This document shows positions 10,803-31,787 of a stretch of DNA of 64,000 nt, in pieces. The position numbers were made by a program, and so were the translations under genes. How positions within the stretch are numbered: the stretch's first letter is position 1; each line of letters starts with the position of its first letter. A model generated the notes under the pieces. The model searched no databases. It was not told the DNA's origin and saw only the letters and a program-made list of their open reading frames with translations. The stretch is taken from positions 4,526,001-4,590,000 of the forward strand of contig NC_090364.1 of assembly GCF_035084215.1 (NCBI RefSeq). Reading direction: 5' to 3'. The stretch comes from Heptranchias perlo. Lineage: Eukaryota.

Positions 10803-12514
10803 ACTGGCTGCAGGGATCCAGACTATTGTTTAATGCTCCTGTTTATATAGTTGTGAGGACCCCCTCGCCTCTGCCAATCCCGTAGCAGTGATGACTTTTT
10901 TGTGACTTTGTACAAAGCTGAGATCTGGGCTCTTGATGTGAAATGTAATAGTAACTGTCAATAAACTGTAACATTGAACTGGAGACATCATAAAGTGAGT
11001 GGTGGCTTAAACTGAAAAATAACAGACTTCAGTTTATGTTGAACAAGAATTACACTGGGCTGTGGAACAACTTCATGGGATTCAGTCCTGTGTAAATGTT
11101 TTTCTTTCTCCTTCTTCCACGCCCCCCCCCCACCACTCTCTGGAATAATTCTAATTTATAGACTTGAATGTGCAGGGTCTCATGGTGAGGATCTACCGTC
11201 AATTCTGTGTGTACCTTGAATGCAAATTGTATTTGAAACCAGCAGTGAAGAGCAATGCTGTGATACAAGTTCCTGATCGTACTGGTGATGAATATTCTCT
11301 TTGCATGAATTACAACTCTCTTTCCAAAACCCACCCCACTACAACAAAATATCAGCTGCTAAAACATTGTGTGTTGTTAAATCAGCAGGGCAGTGAAGTA
11401 ATGGTAAACCATATCAATCCAATGTACAATTCTATTTAAGAAAAGTATCGACCCTAAGATGAGTAGGTTAGGATTTTATTAAATTAAGTGGTTACAGATC
11501 TCATTCAGGTAGCACTGTGGGATACACAGGAAGTAGTTCATTAAATCAAACTCATCATTGCTACTAAAGGCCTTCGAGTAAACTTTGTGGTCAGACCAGT
11601 ACTGTGTGAACTCATAGTACTAAGGGACCTACAATTGGGGGAGGGAATTAACCAGGATTGGTACATTTGCTCACTATCCACTGGCCTCTTAAGGCAAAGT
11701 ATGGATTCCCCAGGGGGAAAAGATTGGCCCTCGGTTTGGAGGGCTTCTTTCTTTCCTCCACCGCGTGCCTGCCCCCACAAATGGTTGAATAACCTGTGAA
11801 CGCTCTTGGCTCATGTAAATAAGCAATTGGGTTCGGTACTGAAGGGGGAGTAATACCTGTGGGACTAACTATACTCCAGCAAAATATAATCCTTCTGGAA
11901 GGAGTAAAAATATTGAAATGCACAAAACAAAATTTAAACCAAGTTAAATAGATATTTTGCCTGAAACTCATCCATATCCCTGGTCCATCAATTCATAAAC
12001 ACAATACGACCAGCTCCTCCATAAATAGATCAATTTGCCTTTAGTTCCATTGTGCATTTCATATCAAATTGTAATCATCCTTTCCAAATCCTGTTGGTTT
12101 TCCATTTGTCTCCTTCACCCCGATGAATGGATTCAAATGCTGATGCTGATGCTGTAATTATCCAGTGTTTCCAAGTGAAGTTTAGGAACTTAGTTGTGAA
12201 CTGCACTGGGTGTGATGGAATTGCAGTCTTCAGTCTTCAGTCATTCCACGTTAATGTCTTTCCATTTCTCAAACACTTTTGGGGGAACAACATTTCATAC
12301 GTTGGTGAGTCACAGTTCTAGCTGTTGGTTGGATTTTCTGACGGCTTCATATTTTGAGCAAAAAGTCTTCAGCTCACTCTGTGCTGGATGTGGATCAGCT
12401 GCAAACATTCCCCACGTGGAGATCTCAACCGGGCTGTTCACACCTCATAAAAAAAATTAGGTCAATATTCACCTCGTTCCGTGCTGATACATTTCCTACA
12501 AAGAAGTGCGGCCA

Positions 12515-12872
12515 ATAAAGTAACTGTTGTAATGTAGAAGTGAATTTGCCCACAGCAATATCCCACAAACAGCAATGAAATAAAGACCAGATAATCTGTT
12601 TTAGTGATGTTGGTTGAGGGAGCAATATTGGCCAAGACAGTGGGGAGAACTCCCCTGCTCTTCCTCCAAACCATGCCAAGGGATCTTTTACATCCACCCG
12701 AGAGGGCAGACAGGGCCTCGGTTTAATGTCTCATCTGAAAGATGACATCTCTGACAGTGCATCGCTCCCTCAGCTCAGCTTAGATTTTGTCCTCAAGTCT
12801 ATAGATTGGCACTTGAACCCATAACCTTCTGACTCTGAGGTGAGAGTGCTGCCACTGAGTCACAGCTGACAC
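12515..12872 (-). mobile_element. tRNA-derived SINE, DeuSINE/SacSINE1-like
   Basis: Minus strand has A-box (TGACTCAGTGG), B-box (GGTTCAAGTGCC) and Deu-domain-like core GATGAGACATTAAACCGAGGCCC...GTAAAAGATCCC. Family assignment is from memory. Confidence 0.75.
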
Positions 12873-13323
12873 AAATGGAGATGTTTGTGTGGGTGACATT
12901 GCATTCAGTAATCTTCACTCCCTCTTATTCTCGCTGAATATCCTGAATTTTACCAAACAACATTTCATGAGAATTAAAATCAAAACAATGATACATCCCA
13001 CAATGCTTTGCCCAGTTGATGCCCCCATGCTGCCAATCCTCAGACACACCCATTCTCTATATTAGAACTGGGGACGATTCACACCATCCATGGGATGGAA
13101 TTTCCATTTCTCTGTCCAATGGCTGGTTTACAAATTCACTCAAGACTACTTGATTGCGTTGAATATTGTCTCAGTGTCACAATTACTTACAAGTAATAAA
13201 CTTGGCCAGATTATGAAAAGCAACTTCAGTGAAAATATTAAATTATCAAATAATTCAAAGTTATGATTCTGAAAGATTTATACAAAGAGGCACATTTAGG
13301 GAGGTCAAAGAACCCAAAAAGCA

Positions 13324-13669
13324 TCAAAGGTGACCATCCACAGGTCCTGGCTGGATGCGGCCCGTGGGGGCGGTCGCTCCGACTCTTTGCCTCGCTTCCG
13401 CAGCATTCTCTGCGCCCGGGTGGCCCTGGAGAGGGAGCACACGGTGTCTGCTGGTAAACTTGAGGCTTTCCGAGACCGGTGGGAGGCGCAGAGCTCGGAG
13501 TACGTCCTCGACTCCGACAATAAAGTTATGATTTGATTCTGGTTTTGTTGGATTTCGTAATAAAGAAATGAAGGTGACAAAAATACAGGTGACACTGGGT
13601 CTAAAGACAGCAACACAAGTGCCCCATCTTAGAATTATTTTAGTCAAACAGAAGAAAAGAGGGAAAAAC
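13324..13669 (+). mobile_element. Old 5'-truncated Tx1 3'-end remnant in ferritin copy-2 promoter, with 13-bp TSD
   Basis: Encodes ...IHRS...ARVALEREHTVSAGKLEAFRDRW...DNKVMI*, homologous to the ORF2 C-terminus. Flanked by AACCCAAAAAGCA at 13311-13323 and 13670-13682. Empty site seen in copies 1, 3, 5 and 8. Confidence 0.9.
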
Positions 13670-13964
13670 AACCCAAAAAGCAGTGACATCACCGAGACCA
13701 ATCACCCAAACCAGCCTGTATTCCAAAGCTCTGATTGGCTCTGGGTATCAACCCCTCCCCCACACCACCTCTCCTTTGTTAATTGGTGCCTGGATTTATG
13801 GAAGATTCCTGATTGGCTATCAGGGATTGTCAATCATCATTGGTGATGTCATTCCTTGCTCAAATGGAGGCTGTCCCAATAGTATAAATACAAGAGCTTG
13901 TGAATGAAGAGGGTAGTTCTAGAATTGTCCAGGTGATAGTGAAGAGTGAAAACAGAAATAGATG

Positions 13965-16373
<2,409 letters not shown>

Positions 16374-18039
16374 ACTGACTGCAGGGATAAAGCTTATTGT
16401 CTCGTGCTCCTGTTTATATAGTTGTGAGGACCTCACCTTTACCAATCCTGTAGTAGTGATTATTTTTGTGACATTGTATAAAGCTGCGATCTGGGCTCTT
16501 GATGTGAAATGTAATAGTAACTGTCAATAAACTGTAACATTGAACTGGAGACATCATAAAGTGAGTGGTGGTTTAAACTGGAAAAATAACAGACTTCAGT
16601 TTACATTGAACAAGAATTACACTGGGCTGTGGAACAACTTCATGGGCTTCAGTCCTGTGTAAATGTTTTTCTTTCCCTCCTGGAATAATTCCAATTTATT
16701 GACTTGGATGTTCATGGTGAGGATCTAACTTCAATTCTGTGTGTACCTTGAATGCAAATTGTATTTGAAACCAGCAATGCTGTGATACAAGTTCCTGTTA
16801 CTACTAGTGATGAATATTCTCGTTGCATAAATGACAACTCTCTTTTCAAAACCCACCCCACGATAACAAAATATCAGCTGATGTAACATTATGTGCTATT
16901 AAATCACCAGGGCAGTGAGCTAATGTTAAACCATATCAATCCAATGTACAATTCTATTTAAGAAAAGTATCTACCTTGAGCTGTGCAGGCTAGGTTTTTA
17001 AAGTAAGTGGTTACAGATCTCATTCAGGTATCAGTGTGGAATACATTGATGGTAGTTTATTAAACCAAACTCATTATTGCTGGTAAAGGCCTTTGAGTAA
17101 ACTTTGTGGTCAGACCAGTACTGTGTGAACTTGTAGGTCCTTCAGGACTATAATTGGGAGAAGGAATCAACCAGGATTGGCACATTTGCTTACTATCCAC
17201 TGGCCTCTTACGGCAAAGTATGGATTCCCGAGAAGGAAAAGATTGGGGCTAAGTATGGAGGCTTCCTTGTTCCCATCCCCAATGGTTGAATAACCTGTGA
17301 ACACTCTTGACTCACATGAATAAGCAATTCGGTTCGGTACTGAAGGGGGAGTAATACCTGTGGGATTAACTATACTCCAGCAAAATGTAATTCTTCTGCA
17401 AGGAGTAAAAACATTTAATTAAATGCCCAAAACAAATAATTTAAACCAAGTTAAATAGATATTTTGCCTAAAACTCATCCACATTGCTATTCCATCAATT
17501 CATAAACACAATACAACCAGCTCCACTATAAATATATCAATTTGCCTTTAGTTCTATTGTGCATTTCATATCAAATTGTAATCATCCTTTCCAAATGCTG
17601 TTGATTCTCCATTTATCTCCTTCACTTCTATGAGTGGATTCAGATGCTGATGCTGTAATTATCCAACGTTTACAAGTGAAGTTTAGGAACTTCGTTGTGA
17701 ACTGCACTGGGTGTGATGGAATTGCAGTCTTCAGTCATTCCACGTTAATGTCTTTCCATCTCTCAAAAACACTTTTGGGGGATCAACATTTCATACATTG
17801 GTCAGTCACAGTACTCGCTTTGGATTTGCTGATCGGTTTGACGGCTTCATATTTTAAGCAAAATGTCTTCAGCTCACTCTGTGCTGGATGTGGATCAGCT
17901 GCAAACATTTCCCCCACATGGAGGTCTCAACCGGGCTAATGGTTAACTGTTTATACCTCACAAAAAAAATTAGATGAATGTTCACCTCGTTCCGTGCTGA
18001 TACATTTCCTACAGCCTGACTACAAAGAAGTGCGGCCAA

Positions 18040-18396
18040 TGCAGTAACTGTTGTAATGGAGAAGTGAATTTGCCCACAGCAAGATCCCACAAACAGCAAT
18101 GAAATAAAGACCAGATAATCTGTTTTAGTGATGTTGGTTGAGGGATCAATATTTGCCAAGATAGGGGGGAGAACTCCCCTGCTCTTCCTCAAAATAGTGC
18201 TGAGGGATCTTTTACATCTACCCGATAGGGCAGATGGGGCCTCGGTTTAATGTCTCATCTGAAAGACTCTATCTCTGACAGTGCATCGCTCCCTCAGCTC
18301 AGCTTAGACTTTGTCCTCAAGTCGATTGAGTGGGACTTGAACCCACAAACTTCTGACTCTGAGGTGAGAGTGCTACCACTGAGCCACAGCTGACAC
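18040..18396 (-). mobile_element. DeuSINE/SacSINE1-like SINE (duplicated with the array unit)
   Basis: Homologous to 12515-12872, same position in the repeat unit. Confidence 0.75.
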
Positions 18397-19129
18397 AAAT
18401 GGAGATGTTTGTGTGGGTGACATTGCATTCAGCAATCTTCACTCCCTCTCATTCTCGCTGAATATCCTGAATTTTACCAAACAACATTTCATGAGAATCA
18501 AAACTAAAAATGACACATCCCACAATGCTTTGCCCAGTTGATGCCCCCATGCTGCCAATCCTCAGACACACCCATTCTCTATATTAGAACTGGGGACGAT
18601 TCACACCATCCATGGGATGGAATTTCCATTTCTCTGTCCAATGGTTGGTTTGCAAATTCACTCAAGACTACTTGTTTCCTCTGAATATTGTCTCAGCGTC
18701 ACAATTACTGACAAGTAATAAACTTGACCAGATTAAGAAAAGCCACTCTGGTGAAAATAGCAAATTATTATCAAATAATTCAAAGTTGCCATTTCGAGAG
18801 ATTGAAACAAAGAGAAACTTTCAGATTTGAGGAAATTCAAAGACCCCAAAAGCAGTGACATCACCGAGACTGATTATCCAAATCGGCCTGTATTCCAAAC
18901 CTCTGATTGGCTCTGGGTATCAACCCCTCCCCACACTGCCTCTCTGTTAATTGGTTCAATGGACGATTCCTGATTGGCTATTAGGGATTGTCAATCATCA
19001 TTGGTGATGCCATTGCTGACCAAAATGCAGGCAATCCCAGTCATATAAATACAAGAGCTTGTGAGAGGAGAGGTTAGTTTGAGAACTTCTTGAGTAATAG
19101 TTGAAAGTACAAATATTGAAATAGTGATA

Positions 19130-21465
<2,336 letters not shown>

Positions 21466-23007
21466 ACTGACTGCAGGAATAAAGCTTTGGTCGTGCTCCT
21501 GTTTATATAATGTGTGCGAGACCCCCATCCTGTCGCAGTGATTACTTTTGTGACTTTGTACAAAGCTGAGACCTGGGGTCTTGATTTGAAATGTAATCGT
21601 AACTGGAAATAAACTGTTAACATTGAACTGGATTTTGTTGTGTAATAACTTGGAAAAATAAGCAACCACTTAATTTAACATTTAGTTTCTGTCAAACAAG
21701 AATTACACTAGGCTGTGGAACAACTTCATGGGATTAAGACCTTGTAAAGTTTTTTCCCCTGCTGGGGTCATTCCAATTTATTGACTTTGATGTTCAGGGC
21801 CACATGTTGAAGATCTAATTTTAATTCTGTGTACCTTGATTGTATTTGTGCATTTCAAACATTGCTCTTCACTGCTGGTTTGAATGCAATGCTGTGATAC
21901 AAGTTATTGCTACCATTGGTGATGAATATTCTCCTTGCAAAAATGGCAACTTTCTTTAACCCCTCCGTGCAACAAAATATCAGCTGCTGTAATGTTTTTC
22001 CCTGGTTAAAAACACCAAGGAAGTGTGCTAGTGTTAAATAATTTCAGTCCAATGAACAATCCTATCTGCCCATGGATGAGGTGTTTATTAAGTGTTTTTA
22101 AATAAAGCTGCTCCAGATCTCATTCAGTTATTACTGTGGGATACACTGGAGGTAGCTCACTCAACCAAACTCCTCATTTCTGCTGTAGATGGTTGGGCAA
22201 GCTGTGTGGTAAAGCAGCAGATAACTGCTATACAGACCAGTATTGTGTGAACTCCTAAAGGTAAGGAGACTTCCCTTGGGTGAGGAGGGGGGGGCAGTGG
22301 TAAAATCAACCAGAATTGCCACATTTGCTGACTATCCACTGACCTCTATGGAGAAAGTATGGATTCCCAGTGGGGAGAGGATTGGGCTTGGTTCTATGAA
22401 CTCACTTTCTACTGCCACCACCCCCATGATTAAGCAATTGGGTGAGGGACTCAAGGGAGAGTAATATCTGTGGGACTGTACTCCAGTGAAATGTAATCCT
22501 TCTGGAAGCAAATAATTTGAATGAAGTTATAGATATTTTGACAAACTCCCACCATATCCCTGTTCTCAATACAATCAGCTCCTCCATAAATATATCAATT
22601 TGTATTTAGTCCTATTGTATATTTCATACCAAATAACAATCATCCTTTCCAAATCCTATTGGTTCTCCATTTGTCTCTGTCACCCCAATGAATGAATTCA
22701 AATATTGATGCTGTAGCTGTGATTATCCAGTGTTTAAAAGTGAAGTTTACAAGCTCAGTTGTGAACTGCACTGGGTGCGATGACATTGCAGTCTTCGGTG
22801 ATTCCACGTTAATGTCTTTGAAAATTCAATGACTTGATTGCATTGAATATTGTCTCAGCATCACAATTACTTAAAGTAATAAACGACCAGTTTATGAAAA
22901 GCCACTTCAGTGGAAATATCAAGTTATTATCAAATAGTTCAAAGTTGTGATTCTGAGAGATTGATACAAAGAGGCACTTTGAGGGAGGTCACAGAACTCA
23001 AAAAGCA

Positions 23008-23582
23008 CCAAAGGTGACCATCCACAGGTCCAGGCTGGACGCGGCACGTGGGGGCGGTCGCTCTGAATCTCGTCTATCATTCTCTGCGACTGGATGGCCC
23101 TGGAGAGGGAGCACGCGGTGTCTGCCGTTATGCTTGAGGCTTTCCGCAACCGGTGGGCTCCGGAGGGATTGGAGTGCATCCTGGATCAATACAATAAAAT
23201 TAGAATTTGACACTTATTTTGGGTTTATTGATTTGCTGCACATAAAAACACTCCCTAACCCCCTCCTCCACCACTTCTTATAAAAGGGGGGCCGAAAACA
23301 AAGAAGAAGAAAAGAAAACTAGACGAACCTCACTTATAAAAAGACAACCTAGAGAGAAACAAACTTTCTATCTTATTCGTGTTTGGACAATTAGTTCCAA
23401 ATGGGAAAGTTTATCTGGAGTTTGGAGCCCGTGTGGGGATTCGAGTGATCCATGGCCACAGAGCACCGAGGGAATGATTGGACCGTCAACCAGCCGGCAC
23501 CAGTACCTCAGGCCAGTCCCACCGTCCCTTCAGAGCTCACTGACCTGCACAAAAAAAGTGCCCCATCTTAGAATTATTTTAG
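23008..23582 (+). mobile_element. Old Tx1 3'-end remnant plus ~230 bp extra segment in copy-4 promoter
   Basis: ORF2 C-terminal homology (23014-23210) and 3' UTR end TTATAAAAGGGGGGCC; flanked by TCAAAAAGCA repeats; same insertion point as 13324. Confidence 0.88.
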
Positions 23583-23660
23583 TCAAAAAGCATTGATATC
23601 ACCAAGACCAAACACACAAGCTCTGATTGGCTCTGGGTATCAATCCCTTCTCCACAATGC

Positions 23661-23702
23661 CCCTGTCCTTTGTTTTTTTTCTTTTTTACCCTGTCCTTTG
23701 TT
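23661..23702 (-). repeat. Poly(T) micro-insertion with 14-bp target-site duplication
   Basis: CCCTGTCCTTTGTT (23661-23674), a T-run, then CCCTGTCCTTTGTT (23689-23702). Single copy in the near-identical copy-9 promoter. Confidence 0.8.
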
Positions 23703-23884
23703 AATTGGTGCTTGGATTCATGGACAATTCCTGAGTGGTTATCGAGGATTGTCAATCATCATTGGTGATGTCATTCCTTGCTTCAATGCTGGCTGTCCCA
23801 GTCGTATAAATACAAGAGCTTGTGAATGAAGAGGGTAGTTGTAGAACTGTCCAGGTGATAGTGAAAACATAGGATACAGGAAAG

Positions 23885-25782
<1,898 letters not shown>

Positions 25783-27372
25783 ACTGACGGCAGGGATAAA
25801 GTTTATTAGTGTTCATGTTCATGTTGTCTTGACACTCCCCCATCCTGTAGCAGTCATGACTTGTGTGGCTTTGTACAAAGAACTGAGACCGGGGCTCTTG
25901 TGAAATGTAATAGGAACTGTCAATAAATCGTTGAACTCGATTTTGTTGTCTCAAATTGAGTGGTTGCTGATTTCTCAGTAACCTAACTTAGTTTACATCT
26001 AACAATTACATTGGGCAGTGTAAGAGTCAGTCCATTGTCAATTTAACCCCCCCCCCCCCCCCCCCACTGCCATTCCTGTAGTAATTCCAATTTTTTGACT
26101 TGGATGTTGACGATCTAATTTCAATTCTGTGTTTACCTTGAATACTAATAGCACATTCCAATCTTTGCTGGTTTTAATACAAGTTACTGTTACCACTGAA
26201 TATTCTCTTTCCAAAATGGCATCTTCCTTTTTAAACATCCCCACCCCAGGACAAGATATCAGCTACTGTAACATTGTGTTAAAATATCAGGATAATGAGC
26301 TAATGTTAAACCAGATCAGTCTGCTGAACAATCCCATTTCAAAAAAGTTATTGCTATGGGATACACTGGAGGTAGCTCATGAAACCAAACTCATCATTGC
26401 TGCTCTGGGCTTTCCAGTAAGCTTAGTGGTCAAACAATTGCAGACCAGTAATGTGAACTCAGAGTACTTGGGGGAGGGAGGCAATGAACATTGGCACATT
26501 TGCTTTGTATCCACTGGCTTCTTAGGGGACAGTATAGATTTGGTGGAGAAGTTATGGCTTGATTAAAAACTTTTTTTTTTGCCCCACGTTTGCACCCACT
26601 GTCCAGGTAAAGAACCTGCAACACTCACTGTTGATCTCATGAGAAGCAATTGAGTAATGTACTCATGGGAGAGTAATATCTGTGCAACTGAAATCCTTTT
26701 GGAAGGAGTAAATATATTTCATTGTTTAAATTTGCTTTTTGATTTCAAGTTAAATAGATATTTCTCCTGCAAAACCCTCCCACATCCCTGTCCCATCAAT
26801 TCATAAACCCAATACAATCAGCTCCTCCCTTAAATGTATCAATTTGTATTTGGTCCTATTGTGCATTTCATACCAAATAGTAATCATCCTTTCCAAATCC
26901 TATTGGTTCTCCATTTGTCACCTTCAACCCTATGAATGGATCAAATGTTGATGCTGTATCTGTAATTATCCAGTGTTTACAAGTGAAGTTTAGGAACTGA
27001 GTTGTGAACTGCACTGGGTGTGATGGAATTGCAGTCTTCAGTCGTTCCACGTTAATGTCTGCTTCTCTCAAAAGCACTTTTGGGGGATCAATTTCACCAC
27101 ATTTCATTCATTGCTGAGCCACAATTGTACGAGTCGGTTGGATTTGCTGATGGCTTTGACGGCTTCATATTTCGAGCAAAAAGTATTCAGCTCACTCGAT
27201 GTGCTGAACCTGGATGAGGATCAACTGCAAACATTCCCCACACGGAGGTCACAACTGGGCTAATGGGGGTGAACTGTTTGGCCTGTTTTTCATTTGAGGT
27301 GTAATTCACACTGCTGATCCGTTCCCCACAATCTGATTGCAATGAAGCACGGCCAATAAGTACTTTTGAAAT

Positions 27373-28823
27373 TAAAAAAAAAATTTTTTTATTCGTTCAC
27401 TGGATGTGGGCGTCGCTGGCAAGGCCGGCATTTATTGCCCATCCCTAATTGCCCTTGAGAAGGTGGTGGTGAGCCGCCTTCTTGAACCGCTGCAGTCCGT
27501 GTGGTGAAGGTTCTCCCACAGTGCTGTTAGGAAGGGAGTTCCAGGATTTTGACCCAGCGACAATGAAGGAATGGCGATATATTTCCAAGTCGGGATGGTG
27601 TGTGACTTGGAGGGGAACGTGCAGGTGGTGTTGTTCCCATGCGCCTGCTGCCCTTGTCCTTCGAGGTGGTAGAGTTCGCGGGTTTGGGAGGTGCTGTCGA
27701 AGAAGCCTTGGCGAGTTGCTGCAGTGCATCCTGTGGATGGTGCACACTGCAGCCACAGTGCGCCGGTGGTGAAGGGAGTGAATGTTTAGGGTGGTGGATG
27801 GGGTGCCAATCAAGCGGGCTGCTTTATCTTGGATGGTGTCGAGCTTCTTGAGTGTTGTTGGAGCTGCACTCATCCAGGCAAGTGGAGAGTATTCCATCAC
27901 ACTCCTGACTTGTGCCTTGTAGATGGTGGAAAGGCTTTGGGGAGTCAGGAGGTGAGTCACTCGCCGCAGAATACCCAGCCTCTGACCTGCTCTCGTAGCC
28001 ACAGTATTTATATGGCTGGTCCAGTTAAGTTTCTGGTCAATGGTGACCCCCAGGATGTTGATGGTGGGGGATTCGGCGATGGTAATGCCGTTGAATGTCA
28101 AGGGGAGGTGGTTAGACTCTCTCTTGTTGGAGATGGTCATTGCCTGGCACTTATCTGGCGCGAATGTTACTTGCCACTTATGAGCCCAAGCCTGGATGTT
28201 GTCCAGGTCTTGCTGCATGCGGGCTCGGACTGCTTCATTATCTGAGGGGTTGCGAATGGAACTGAACACTGTGCAGTCATCAGCGAACATCCCCATTTCT
28301 GACCTTATGATGGAGGGAAGGTCATTGATGAAGCAGCTGAAGATGGTTGGGCCTCGGACACTGCCCTGAGGAACTCCTGCAGCAATGCCCTGGGGCTGAG
28401 ATGATTGGCCTCCAACAACCACTACCATCTTCCTTTGCGCTAGGTATGACTCCAGCCACTGGAGAGTTTTCCCCCTGATTCCCATTGACTTCAATTTTAC
28501 TAGGGCTCCTTGGTGCCACACTCGGTCAAATGCTGCCTTGATGTCAAGGGCAGTCACTCTCACCCCACCTCTGGAATTCAGCTCTTTTGTCCATGTTTGG
28601 ACCAAGGCTGTAATGAGGTCTGGAGCCGAGTGGTCCTGGCGGAACCCAACTTAGCATCCGTGAGCAGGTTATTGGTGAGTAAGTGCCGCTTGATAGCACT
28701 GTCGACGACACCTTCCATCACGTTGCTGATGATTGAGAGTAGACTGATGGGGCGGTAATTGGCCGGATTGGATTTGTCCTGCTTTTTGTGGACAGGACAT
28801 ACCTGGGCAATTTTCCACATTGT
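27373..28823 (-). mobile_element. 5'-truncated CR1-group LINE inserted into a SINE; RT ORF remnant 27445-28605
   Basis: RT motifs YRPISLL, LDIKAAFDRV, GVPQGS, FADD, ILGV; A/T tail at 27373-27390. Empty site at ~37770-37795 shows insertion with ~7 bp loss and no TSD. Confidence 0.9.
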
Positions 28824-29175
28824 CTGTTGTAATGTCAGAAACGCAGCAACCAAGATGGCCACAGCAAGATCCCACAAAGAACATGAAATATTGATTAGAT
28901 AATCTGTTTTAATTACATTGGTTGAGGGATAAATATTAGCAGAGACACCAGGGAGAACTCCCCTTCTCTCACTCAAATTAGTGCCATGGGATCTTTTACA
29001 TCCTAAGTGAGCAGACGGGGCCTCGGTTTAATGTCTCATCCGACTGTACAGCACTCACTGGGTGCTGTGGTGAAGTATCAGCCTGGACTTTGTGCTCAAG
29101 TCCCTGGAGTGGGACTTGAACCCACAACCTTCTGACTCTGAGGTGAGAGTGCTGCCACTGAGCGACAGCTGACAC
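28824..29175 (-). mobile_element. DeuSINE/SacSINE1-like SINE, interrupted by the LINE
   Basis: Homologous to 37758-38139. Confidence 0.75.
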
Positions 29176-29585
29176 AAATGGATATGTTTGTGTGGGTGAC
29201 ATTGCATTCAGTAATCTTCACTCCCTCTCATTCTCGCTGAATATCCTGAATTTTACCAAACAACATTTCATGAGAATCAAAACCAAAACAATGACACATC
29301 CCACAATGCTTTGCCCAGTTGATGCCCCCATGCTGCCAATCCTCAGACACACCCATTCTCTATATTAGAACTGGGGACGATTCACACCATCCATGGGATG
29401 GAATTTCCATTTCTCTGACCAATGGATGGTTTGCAAATTCACGCAAGACTATTTGATTCCTTTGAATATTGTCTCAGCATCACAATTACTAACAAGTAAT
29501 AAACTTGACCAGATTATGAAAAGCCACTTCAGTGAAAATATCAAATTATTCTCAAATAATTCAAAGTTGTCATTCCAAGAGATTT

Positions 29586-29843
29586 AAACAAAGAGACACT
29601 TTCGGATTTGACGGAGGTCAAAGAACTGAAAAGCAGTGACATCACCGAGACTGATCATCCAAACCGGCCTGTATTCCAAAGCTCTGATTGGCTCTGGGAA
29701 TAAATCCCTCCCTCACAACGCCACTCCTTTGTTAGTTGGTTTCTGGATTCATGGACGATTCCTGATTGGCTATCGGGGATTGTCAATCATCATTGGTGAT
29801 GTCATTGCTTACCAAAATGCAGGCTGTCCCAGGAGTATAAATA
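29586..29843 (+). promoter_or_regulatory. Ferritin proximal promoter (uninterrupted allele, copy 5)
   Basis: TATAAATA at 29836-29843, ~85 nt before the ATG; several inverted CCAAT boxes (ATTGG); two inverted TGACATCA CRE/AP-1-like motifs. The same module precedes all copies (TATA at 8194, 13883, 19044, 23805, 34142, 39149, 44375, 61936). Confidence 0.75.
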
Positions 29844-29922
29844 TAAGAGCTTGTGAGAGAAGAAGTTAGTTTTAGAGCTTTCTGAGTAATAGTGAATAAG
29901 TACTATTATAGAAATAGTGACA

Positions 29923-31787
<1,865 letters not shown>

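Noticed and set aside
23774-23792. IRE-like string TTCCTTGCTTCAATGCTGG (resembles a ferritin IRE minus the CAG of the loop)
   Set aside because: It lies upstream of the TATA box, lacks the CAGUGN loop and 3' stem, and is not conserved across copies; at most a relic.
26868-27107. 79-aa minus-strand ORF over the conserved spacer block
   Set aside because: Interrupted by stops or indels in the paralogous units; no start or splice context.
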